From: Raillietiella orientalis
Lineage: Eukaryota
Direction: 5' to 3'
Length of the DNA: 64,000 nucleotides
Assembly: GCA_036172245.1 (NCBI GenBank)
Contig: JAYWIR010000081.1
Coordinates: forward strand, 124,001-188,000
Shown: positions 37,696 to 49,400 of the stretch, piece after piece
How the letters are laid out: every line of letters begins with the position of its first letter
Numbering within the stretch: the stretch's first letter is position 1
The notes under the pieces: model-generated
Seen by the model: the letters and a program-made list of their open reading frames with translations, nothing else
Database searches by the model: none
What the model was told of the DNA's origin: nothing
Made by a program: the position numbers and the translations under genes

Positions 37696-38886
37696 CGCTC
37701 GAGGGCGAAAGTGTTTTCTCGGTACTCCTCGTTCCAGAAAGTCTTCCCTAGTGCAAGCGTCGTGTGGCTCGGTGGTCGACCAGGCAGCGTTGCCTGACGG
37801 GAGTACCAAGAATGGCCAGGGGGCAGCGGCAACGCCGCCCCCAGAGTAGATGGAGAGAAAGGGGGCGGCGGCAACGTCACTTCTAGAGGTGATGGAGGTG
37901 AGGGCATCCGCCCCTACAGAGCCGGTCCCTGTTGCAGCGCGGCCGTGAAGCCCCGTCATGTCGGCGCCATCGCCTGCAGCCTCGGCGGAATTGTCTGTGG
38001 AGGTGAGGTATAACCCCTCATTGTTCTACAAGGTTAGCAATTTATATTCTTTAGAGAGCGCGCGCGCCTTCTCGAAGGGCATGCGTGCTCTCGATGCGAA
38101 AGTGGAGGAACTCAGCGCTATGACCATCCGAAGGGGGGGTCAGTACGTTTAGGTCATTTGCAAACAAGCAGAGCTAGCCCAACAACTGCTCAAAACCACC
38201 GATGTGATGGGGACGCGCAGCATCCTCCCCACTACAGTTGACCCCAGCATGGTGGTCCACCTGCTAAGAGTGACCGCGCGAATGCGCAAAGAACAAATTC
38301 GCGCCGCTTTCGAACAGTTTGGAACGGTCCACGCGCAGTGGAATAAAGTTAGTCCTCTCGAGGACTACACGGGGCTGCAACACGGCATCACACAAGCAAA
38401 CGTGACCGTTCGGGAGGGCTGCACCCTTCCCCACAAACTGGTAGTCGATGGCGAAACAGTCGACTTCTGGTTTGTGGGGAAGCTGAAATACTGCGGCTTC
38501 TGCAATACGTCGGGCCACCTCAAAAAGAGGTATCCCAATGTACAGTGCCAAGTATACGAAACAATGGGTCACATGAGGGAGGTCTGCCCAAAAACAGCAG
38601 TGCGGGTGGTTTCCAAAAGTAATCTGAAAAAACGCGCCCGGCTGCTGCAGAAAAAGCTGGCGGCGAAAGCTGCCGCGAAGGCTGTGCCAACCGCGCCCAA
38701 GGCCTAGTCCGCATCCGAGATCCCTGCGAACGACGCCGAACAAGTCGAAAGAACTAGTCAGCAGCCTGGGTAGCAGGTGGCAACGGCCAAAAAGACAAAA
38801 AAGGAGAGGAGATTGGAGAAAAAGCTCGCGTACCGCCAGAAAGAACAGCAGGCAAGCGAGCAGATTAAGGATTGCAGCGTTATCGT
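37696..38886 (+). mobile_element. Family C copy: 5' UTR and ORF1, interrupted by family D
   Basis: Colinear with 11987-13185; starts CGCTC; CGFCNTSGHLKKR knuckle. Confidence 0.9.
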
Positions 38887-41330
38887 TTATTCCCCGGTTA
38901 CGCCGGGACGTTTATACATTAAGTCAAGTGGGAGCTGTGTTCCCAGGCAAGGGGAACAGAAAATGGGAAGTAGATTTCCCGAAACGCAGGTCGGGCACAC
39001 TGAGACTTCGGAACGGGAGGGGGTGGGACAATAAATAAATAAATTGAGTGGGAGGGCGGGGACAGGGGTATGCAGTCTAACCGTTCCTGTTCTCAGAATC
39101 GGCGGTCAAAGCTACCGATCTCCGTCCTCACTTCTGTCCCAGGTGTGGCCACCCGGCAGGCATTTGCAGGTTGTAGGCTGCGCTGTCGGGAACCGATTTT
39201 GGGACTGCTCGCATTTGCACTACGTGGCGAACCCTGACAATGGCTCGGACGCAGCAGATGATTGCGACGACCGCTCGAACATAAAGACCGCCACGCGTGT
39301 AGAAGCGGCTCATCCAATCCAGTGCGGTGTGTCCAGGGTGCAGGAGCGCTGAAGACAGCCGCCGCCACAGCTCTTGGAGGGTATCGTACTCAAACAACAA
39401 ATGCGGAAGCAATTCCATCGCTCCGAAATTGGCACAGTTCGTGGACGCCACTTACCCGGAAATCAGGTGCGCCCCCTGGTTGCAGTACAAACCCTAATGC
39501 ACCAGCAGAAAAGCGTCCTGTTTCCACCGAAGGAGGAAGAGAATCGCGTCCAAACACACAGAATGGACCACAAGTTCATCGGTAGGCACTCCGAGGAGCT
39601 CACTGCACCGGAGAAGTCCCTTAGCCCGAAGGAAAGGTGTGGCAGCGTCTGCCACTTCGCGAGTCCGCCAGCCGCCCGGCAGTCGTGTTTCGCCTGCGAT
39701 TTCGCAAGCGATCTTCCTCCTCGCCGGCAGATCACTTTCGTCTCGCACCATGGGTGCACACAGTGCTTCGGCGAGTGGCGTAGCGGCTAGGGGTGTCCAC
39801 TGGTCCTGGTCTTCCAGCACCTCCCCCACTGGACAGCATGGGAAAGTTTCACGCAACGGAGTTCCAAACGGGACAAAACCTGTTGCGCTGCCCAGGACGA
39901 TAAGGCTTTCTGCCTCTAGACGTTGTAGCTCGTCAGCCGGCAGGAGATCCACTCATGCTTTCCCAGAAGCGTTGCAAGCTGCTTCAAAGGGTAGCCGAAT
40001 CCTCACTGGGCGCGCTCCGTGCGCAGATGCAACGAACGTAGTCCGTCGCCACCCGTGCAGCGCCGCAGCAGCAGCCGCGCTGGAGCACACCATGGCGTAG
40101 TCCAGAGCTGCGCACAAATTGCCAGCATGCCGAACTGCACTAGCAGTCCGATCCGCTCCAGCGTCAGCATACCCAATCCTGCATCCCGCCGAGGAGCCCC
40201 CAAGTCCTTCAGGCGTTTCCTAGACCTCGCCGGTCCTCATAGGGCGTTAAGCAACAGGCGTTGCTCCCGGCGCTTAGCCTAGTAAGAAGGGGGACAAACA
40301 AAAAAGAGGAAACGGAGCAGGGGGGCATCCAAAATGTTCCTCACGAAAGCCCGTTCCGACAGGAGAAACCTGCAGCCTTTGAACGAACCCAGAGCAGCCT
40401 CGGCCTTGTGAATGCAGTCCGAACACGCTTCTGCTAGACAGAAGGAGCCCAAGGAAACGCCGAGGTACTTCAAGCACCTGCCCGTGGTGATCCCAGGGCG
40501 GTTCCAGTCGGACTGCCCCTTCCACGAAAAGCCAACCGATACAACAGTCTATTTCGTCCTGTTGACGCTCAGGCCCGCTCACCGACGAATGACCTCGAAG
40601 AAGTCCTCGGGCCTGCACGCTGATGTGGACATTGCAGCAGGAAAAGAAGGTCATCAGCATAGGCGGCCACGGCCGGTGTTCCCGGGCAGGAGCACGGCAG
40701 GTTGGCCAGCGTCAGCCTGTACGCCCTCAGTACCAACTCAAAGAAGATCCCGAAGAGCAGGGGGCTTAAGCTGTTACCCTGCCTGATACCCCGCCGTATG
40801 GAAATGCCGTACACGTGGCGCCCGCTGAAAGAGATACACCATAATGCGTGGCGCCAGCAGGAACACAAGTAGGCGATGAGGTTCGTCGGGAGGACTAGTC
40901 GTCCCCGACGCTCCAGAAGGAGGTCCTGGTTTACGCTGTCGAACGCTTTGCAGAGATCGACGGCGACCGCTAAGGCTCCCAGCGTTCCATCGTGCCTTGA
41001 ACACCGCCGCTTACCTTTGGCAGCGGCGATTTCGGCTGCCTGGCTCTGCTGCGCCAAGCGCTGTTGCAACTCGCACCATGTTTATGCGAAGAAGAGATTC
41101 GCGTCCATGGACCGCTTTGGAACAGCATACGTCTGCTCCGGACTTCACAAGGACTCTGCGATTTTCCCAAGGCGCGCGACCCATAGTTTCAAGAACAGCT
41201 TGACGTCCGAATTCACCAAGGTGATGGGACGCCAGTTGCTAAGGTGGCGCGAATCTCCGCTTTTCGGCAGAGCCGCACCTTTGCTGAGCGGAAAGAAGCG
41301 GGAACATCTCCCGTCTCACGCATCAGCGAC
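38887..41330 (-). mobile_element. Family D element, 3' part (RT to 3' end), interrupted by family H
   Basis: DLCKAFD, RQGNSLSP, YADD, KYLG; terminal hairpin 38887-38916. Confidence 0.88.
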
Positions 41331-42070
41331 GGCCGCGTACGGACGTGCTTTTGCGCCGCTAAGAGGTAAATTGACTCTTGTGAGTTTTGGTTCTGCTGTG
41401 CTTCTGTGCTGCAATGGGAGCAAAGAAGAACATCAGCCGCAAGAAGGGAACGCCAACCGTTTCTGAGATGGCTGCTTCGGCTGCTAGCAAGGAGCCTCTG
41501 TCCTCGCCGACGGCGAGGACATTCGCCCAGGACGCTGCCCTTGCGGATACGATGGGACCTTCGCCCGACAGCTCTGAGCTTCAGGCGTATGTAGCAAATG
41601 GCTACCCGCTTGCACTGAGGTATAAGGTAAGTTTCCTTATGCCTGAGAGGGTTGGGCGCGAGTTTGGCCAGGAACTTCAACAAATTGGAGTTGAGAAAGG
41701 CCAACTGGAGTCCATCATGCCGATGAGTGGTTTCGGCTACTAAAAGGTGTCCAGTAAGGACGTTTTCCTTACGTAGCGTTTGCTGCACACGCCGCTGCTC
41801 ATTCGTGGGCAGGAAATACTCCCTGCCACAACGGACCAGTCGTTCGTTGTCCGGCTCACTGGAGTGTGTAAGGGCCTTTCGGACCGCCAGGTCGTGGAGT
41901 CTCTTGAAAAATTCGCTACTGTCCACGCGCTTTGGAGGCTGCCAAACCCTTCTGTAAAGTTCGACGACCACCACAGCGGGCTCGCGTAAGTGCGAGTGAC
42001 GATGACGGATCGCCGTGCTATTCCCACGCTACTGCAGGCGGATAGATTGACGGTCCGCCTGTGGTTTGCC
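41331..42070 (+). mobile_element. Family H element, 5' part (5' UTR and ORF1 up to LWFA)
   Basis: GGACGTGCTT at 41341; ELQAYVANGY..LRYKVS homologous to B/B1 ORF1; resumes at 56321. Confidence 0.88.
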
Positions 42071-45000
42071 ACCCGGATATGCGGGGCATTTATTATTCTA
42101 ATTTTTTACAAAAGATAGATAATAAAGTCTTTAAAAAGATGTTTTCTGTGGAAAAACGCTTGGTTCTCCCACCTTGCTCGACATGTCAGTTGCCGGTGCA
42201 TAGACCGGTTAGGTCCATTACTGAGGCGCATGGGAAGGGAAAACTAGAACAAAAACAAACATTAAGAGACATAACGGGGAGGGAAATAGTTATATGGGGA
42301 GGAGGGGGGGCAGGGAAGGGATTACTGGGCGCCTGGGCCGGTCCTTCGCATCCTGTTGAGGATGCAGTCAAGTTCGGTTTTTATTGTGAAAGGTAGACGC
42401 CACCTTGTCGCCGTCCCTAAAGAGATCGTCGTCCAGTGGATGGCGTCCCTGCATCTTGGGCCTCTTCTTCTAGCGTGCCACCTTTGCACAATGCCGCGCA
42501 CGCAGCAGAGGCTGCTAGAGACGCAGGGGAGCGCAGGCCGTCACGGAGAAAGAGGCGACGGTAAATTTCCTTAGGGTCGCCTATTGGTAGAAGGAGGATT
42601 GGGGCGATTCGACTCCAGAGTCCATCCAGGGCGACACATTCGAGGGTGAGATGCGGAAAGGTCTCTCTTTCTCCGCACTCGACACAGCGGGCATCCACAT
42701 TCCCCAGTGTCCAGTGAAACAGGCGTGCTCTGCTTAACAGTCCCCAGTGCAGAAATAGCAACGCCGTCTCCTGCCACTTCAACGGAAGTCTGCCGCAATC
42801 CCAACACCCTGGGGGCCACTTCACCTCCTCCGGAGGTATTGCGAGCAGCTCTCTCCAGCGCGCAAGTCCGTGAGGCGAAACGCTCGGAGTGGCAGCGTTA
42901 GTGAGCTCCCTAGTCGTCCACGCCTTTAAAGGTTTTTTCCTGCCTAGGAGGTGGCAGGACACTTCCCACGATGCCAGCTCGTTGCTGCTCCTAGTGTTTT
43001 TTAGGGAGGACAGAACGGGAGCAAGGGGGTTGAAAGAAGCCCACAGAAACTTCCGGGGCGTGTTGATAATATCCTGCAGCGACTGTCGAACGTAAGTTCC
43101 TCGTCGTAGGCAGTTGTATTCCGCCTCGCTTGTGCCGTTGATCCTAGCCCACGCAGGAGCTGACTCCTGAAGCCAGGCAGTACAGTTCGCGGGAAGGCAG
43201 AAGTTCCAGGTATTCTCCCTCATCAGGACGACCATCTGGCGCAAATCGGGGCCACAGTTGGAGAGGCTGCGCTGGAAGGCCACGAGGATCGAGGACAATC
43301 CTTCGCAGCCGGTCGCTCTTCTGGCGAGAAGCTGTGCCGGATCGCACCATGGCGTCATCCATAAGCTAGCCGCAAGGGCTAACTTTCGAATTGTTGTTTG
43401 AAGTTGGATGCGCTCCAACGTAAGGAGGCCCAAGCCAACAAACCTGCGTGGAGCGCACAAGTCTTTCAATCGGACTCGCGACCTCGCTGTGCTTTCAAGG
43501 GCAGTCCTCAAGAGAGCTTTGGTCCGTCTCTGTATGATGGGAGGGGCGGGGCAAACAAAAAGTAAGAGGCGAAGAAAAGGGGCCGCGAACGCGTTTTACA
43601 CCGCGGCCCGCTTCTGCAAGTAAAACTTGCCGTTCCGGAACGGGCCGATCGCCAACTCCACCTTTTGGAGACGGTCGGACCAGCCTTCTGCAACGTAGAA
43701 GTCCCCTAACGGAACGCCAAGGTACTTGAAGCACCTGCCCGTCGGGATTTCCAAGCGGATCCAGTACGGCCGTCCGGCCCACGCCGTATTGTTTAAAAGT
43801 AGTGGTGATGCTAAAACGATGGAAGATTTCTTTCTGTTCACCTCGAGGCCCGTCCCGCGGCGCAGCATCTCAAAGAAATCTTCGAGCGCCGACGCCGGGG
43901 TGGACACGGGGAGCAGGAGCAGAAGGTCATCGTCGTAGGCCGACACGAAAGGCGTGCCGGGACACGAGCTTGACAGGGTTGCCAGAGTCTCCCTGTATGC
44001 CCTCAGCACCAGCACGAAGTAGATGCTGAAGAGCATGGGGCTCAGACTGTCACCCTGCCTCATGCCACGCCGAAACAACACGCCGTACACGTTCCGGCCG
44101 CTAAAAGAGATGTTTATTAGAGCGAAGCGCCAGCAGGAGCGCAGGTAAGCCCGGAAGACGGCCGGAAATCCCAAGCGTTCCAGGAGCTCCAGAAGCAGTT
44201 CCTGGTGGACGCAATCGAACGCTTTACGCAGATCGACTGCGACCGCAAGGGCACCGGGCGCGGCTCTTCCATGAAGGGCGTCCCCTGCCTGGTCAGAGGA
44301 CAATCCAGGATTATCTTGACCTCCCTGGTCTTCGCTTTGTTGCAACTGCCACCATGCACTGGCGAGGAACAGGTTGGCCTGCATGCTTTGTCCGGGAACA
44401 GCATGTGTCTGCTCCGTACTCACCACGGATTGCGCCACCCGTCCCAGTCGCTCAACCCAAAGCTTGGCAAGCAACTTTGCATCCGCATTCACTACTGTGA
44501 TGGAACGCCAGTTGCCTTCGTTGCGATTGTCTCCTCCTTTCGGCAGGAGACGTACTCTAGCTGGCCGGAACGATTTGGGGACGTCCCATTGTTCTCGGAT
44601 CAGCATGCAAAGCCGATGCAACAGGGTGGCCAGATCCGCCACCAAGCCTTGGTAAAACTCCACGGGAAGACCGTCTTCTCCTAGTGCTTTCCTCTTTCGG
44701 AGCTTTCCGATGGCGGAGACGATCTCCGCCATCGAGAAAGGCTACTCGTGTTCATGTGTCTGCTCGTCCTGTAGCGCGGGGGCGCCTTGCGGCAGCGAGC
44801 GCTGCGCCACGGCGCGCTCTTTTGTTCTACGCGCGTACAAGGAGGAGAAATAGTCCCGCAGGATGCGGTTTATTCTGGCCGGATCTGAACATTCCTGGCC
44901 TCGGGCGTCCATTAAGCTGGCCGACCCGGATTGCCAGGTCTGTCGCTCAGCCCCAGCTGTATACTCCGTCAGGCGTCGAACGTCGGGAGTCCTAGAATAA

Positions 45001-46422
45001 AGACGGGCGTGGTGGTATGCCAGGTCGTTCCTCACCCTTCGCCGAAACATGGAGGGAGACGGTTTAAGGGAAACTGGTCGCAGAACTCGCGGACTGAGCT
45101 CTTCAAGTCGTCTCAGTCCGCGAGCGACTGCAGATGGGAGCCTTGCAGGAACGAGCGAAGATGTTGCGCTGCTCCTGCGAGGCAAAACCAGTCCCCTGGC
45201 AAACGCCACGCTGTGAAGGCTGGACCTCTACCGCTCGGTTGTGTTTCTACCACGAGCCGGCGATGGTCGGAATGTTCGGTTGGAACTGCTCCTCGATTTC
45301 CCACCCGCGAACAGAGGTGGTTGTCGAGGAACATGTGATCGATCCACGTCTTCGTCTTGGCGTCACCGGCGAACAAGTTGCGCGCGTGCGTGGCAGCGCA
45401 CATCTCGTTGACCAGCTGTGCGCGAATGTCGGGCGCACCTGCCAGCAGGCGCACGTTAAAGTCCCCGGAAATGAGGTGCGCCTTTCGCATGTCTGCTTCG
45501 GCCAGCCAATCTCCCCGCAGGCCTTCGAAGAACGCAGTGCGTTCCCCGCGCCTGTGTCTCGTGCCAAGCTCGTACACGTTGGTCACGACGAGGTCCATCG
45601 CGTCGGAGCACTTGGCAACGAGCTGCCCGATTTGACCTTCCCCGTCGAAGTGCACGTCGCGCAGCGCATTAACGACGGCTGGCTTCAGCATGAAAGCCAC
45701 ACCGCTGGTGCGGTCTCTCCCGTTCTTGTATATGAGCCGCCCGCCTGCGATCCGTTCGATTTCCTAAGCCTCCCCTGCATGGAGCACGTGCGTCTCCTGC
45801 AGAAGCGCCAGGTCGAAGTCCCGCAGGCTGGTGGCCACTTTTCTCCTGTTGCCGTTGTCGCGCAACCCGTTGACGTTCCAACAGTTTACGCGCAGTCGCC
45901 GGCAGGAGAAGAGTCCACGCGTTGGTGGGTTTATGGTGTTTGCTTACCGTCCTCCGCCTGCTGTTCAGCAGGCGGGTGTTGTGTGTCCATTGCGACGGGC
46001 TGTTCCGCGCAAGGAGGTGGTCCGTCGGTGGTTGTGGTGGTCGTTGGAGGATCTCGCTTGGCCAGGAACGCCTACGGCGAGGAGTCGCGAGACTTCGCGG
46101 ACATGGCCTCTCCGTCGTCGTAGTCCGACCGCATTTCCTCCTCCGCCGGTGGAGGTGCGGAGCGCCGCGGGTTGCCTACCTTGCGGCTCGCTTTGCGCTT
46201 CGGGAGAGCCACAGCCGGAGCGTTCCCGGCTTCGGCTTCGGACTCGGAAGTCTCCGATCCTTTCGCCTCAGCCGGACGCCTCAAGGCCATCTTCTCGGCC
46301 TTGGGAGGTTGCTGGAGTATGGCTGCCAACTCTTCCGCCGCCTTGTTGAAGTCCCGGTCGTGGCGGCTCACGCTGGGCTCGCGACTTTGTCGCGGCGTGG
46401 GCGTTCGCGCGGCGGCGGATTG
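42071..46422 (-). mobile_element. Family I element, 3' part (ORF1 tail, decayed ORF2, 3' UTR)
   Basis: WNVNG, GDFN, SDH, DLRKAFD, YDDD, CVECG; terminal hairpin 42071-42094; ORF1 continues at 55260-56320. Confidence 0.92.
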
Positions 46423-49400
46423 TTCACACCCGGATGTGCCGGGGCATTTATTTCTTAGAAATAAAATAACAGAAAAAATGTCGCGTGGCGAACCCGAAGG
46501 TTCACCACTCCAAAACAGCTTGCTGGTTACCGGCTCCGTGCCGGAGAGGTCCTTCCGATGCGCGGGGATGGGAAATAAAGAAAAACAAAAGGAAACAAAA
46601 AGTTCAAATGTGGGGGGGAACAAATGTTGTAGGGGTGGGAGGGCGGGGAAGGGATCACGGTGCGCGTGGAGAGGTCCTCTAGATCCTATTCAGGATCCGC
46701 ACAAGCTGAGTCCTTTCAGCGCCCAAGTGGCGCCACTTGCAGCCACTTCGCGCGAAAACGCGAGTCCAGTGTAAGGCGTTGCCGGTTGGCTGACGCCTTC
46801 TTCTGGTGGCGTTCCAAGCCGCCACTATTCCTCTGATGCAGTAGAGGACTGCTACACTAGCGGGCGGGGACAAGGCGTCACTGCAGAAGAGGCGCCTGAA
46901 AACGTCCTTTGGGCCGCATCCGCGCAAGTACAGGATCGGCGCGAGACGATCCCATAAAGGGCGGATGGCACTGCACTCGATGAGAAGGTGGGGGAAGGTC
47001 TCTTTTTCCCCGCACCGGTCACAATAAGGATCCACAGCCCCCCGGGTTGTGTGATGAAGGCGTGCTTTGAATGGAAGTCCCCAGAGGACCACAAGCAACG
47101 CCACATCCTGCCATTCCAGGGCGAGGGATGCACTGTTCCAGGACGCTGGGGGCCACTTCATCTCCTCCGGAGATAGTCCGAGTAGCTCGCCCCAGCGTCG
47201 AATTCCGTAGGGCGGGACACTCGGCGTCGCAGCGTCAGCTAGCTGCCGAGATGTCCACGCCTTTATCGATTGTGTCCTCCCGCCTATAGTGCAGGACACG
47301 GTCCATTTCCCCTGCTCGCTACTGTCCCTGGCATTCACAAGGAAGGGCAGCACTGGGGCGAGGGGGGTTATCAAGGCCCACAGAAGCTTGTCGTGGGACT
47401 GCACGATCTCCTGCTGCGTCCAGCGGGCGTGCCTTTTCATACAAGTGTTCCTTGTGCCCGCCGGAACGTGGATCTTTACCCAGGTGGAGACTGACTCGTG
47501 CAACCAGGCGGAGTAGTTCCCTGGGAGGCAGGAGATCCAGGCGTTCTCCCGAACCGCAACGAAGATGCGTCGCAGCATAGAGCCACAGTATGGTCTTCTG
47601 CAGACGCGCGCAGACAGAAACGACAAAAGTCCGTCGAATCCGCAGGCTCGTTGGGCCAGGAGGCGTGCTGGAACGTACCAAGGCGTGTCCCACAATTCTG
47701 CCGCAAGGGCGAGAGTCCTGAACCTAAGTTGTAGTTCTATGCGCTTCAGAGTAAGAACGCCTAGTCCTCCGTCCTTACGTGGAGCGCACAAGTCTTTGAG
47801 CCTCACACGGGACCTCCCTTTGCCCCAAAGGACTGTCCTCAGGAGGCCCGCTGCTCGTTTTCGGATAAAATAAGGGGCGGGGCAAACAAAAAGTAGGGGG
47901 CGAAGGAGGGGAGCCGCAAACGCGTTCCACAACGCGGCCCGTTCCTGCAAGTAGAACTTGCCTTCTTGGAACGGACCGATCGCCAACGCTGCCTTTTGGA
48001 GACGGTCGGACCAGACTTCTGCTGCGCAGAAGTCCCCCAACGGTACGCCGAGGTACTTGAAGCACCTGCCCGTGGGGATCCCCAAGCGGATCCAGTCCGA
48101 CCGTCCAGGCCACGCCGAACCGACGAAGACCATGGACGACTTCGCCCTGTTCACCTCCAGGCCCGTCCCGCGGCGCAGCAACTCGAAGAAGTCCTCGAGT
48201 GCACTCGCCGGGGTGGACTTGGGAAGCAGCAGCAGAAGATCGTCTGCATAGGCCGACACGGCAGGCGTGCCGGCACACGAGCTCGGCAGGGTTGCCAGAG
48301 TTACCCTGTATGCCCTCAGCACCAACTCGAAGTAGATGCTGAAGAGCAAGGGGCTCAGGCTGTCACCCTGGCGGATGCCGCGGCGTACGGGCACGCCGTA
48401 CACGTGCCGGCCGCTGAAACCGATATTGATTGACGCGTTGCGCCAGCAGGAGCGCAGGTAAGATTGAAGCACGGCAGGGAAACCCATGCGTTCCAGGAGC
48501 TCCAGAAGGAGATCCTGGTCGACGCAGTCGAATGCTTTGTGCAAATCGACCGCGACGGCAAAGGCTCCCGCCGAGTCCATCCCACCCTCTGCCCGATGTT
48601 CTTGGTCAGAGGGGGGCGCGAGGCTTTCTTGACCGTCCTGTGCAACGCGTTGTCGCAACTGCCACCATGAGCTAGCGAGGAGCAGGTTGGCCTCCATGGT
48701 TCGTCCGGGAACAGCATAGGTCTGCTCGGGACTAACCACGGAAGCGGCCACCCGCCCCAAACGCTCAGCCCACAACTTGGCATACAACTTTGCGTCCGCA
48801 TTCACTACTGTGATGGGACGCCAGTTGCCAATGTTGCGTAAGTCTTCTGACTTCGGCAGGAGACGTACTTTAGCTGACCGGAACGAGGCGGGAACTTCGC
48901 CGTGTTCGCGGATCAGCGCACTTAACCTGAGCACCAGGGTTTACAGCTCTGGCGCGAAGCGATGGTAAAACTCCGCGGGCAGGCCGTCCTTCCCTGGTGC
49001 CTTCCTTCTCTTGAGCCTGTTGATGGCGGAGATGATCTCCGCCATCGTGAACGGTTCCGCCAATCTGGAACGGTCCTCCTCCTTGAGCGCGGGAGCGCCA
49101 TCCGGCAGCAGGCGCTGCGCGAAATGGCGCTCAGGTGTTAGTGGCGCGTACAAGGAGGAATAAAACTCCCGCACGATGCGGCTTACCTGGGCTGGGCTGG
49201 AGCGTTCTTGGCCCTGATGATCCAGCAGGCAGGCCGAGCCTGGCTGCCAGGCCTGCCTCTACGCCTCAGCCTTGAATTCAGCCAGGCGACGGACGTCGGG
49301 ACGCCGGGAATAACGGCGCGCCTGGAGGTACGCCCGCTCGTTCCTGACACCCTCACCGAAGCCCGGCGGGAGACGTTCCAGCGGAAACTGGTCGCAAAAC

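Noticed and set aside
32690..46430. Site specificity of family F
   Set aside because: Its two 3' junctions lie in unrelated sequences (zinc finger of L versus ORF1 tail of I).
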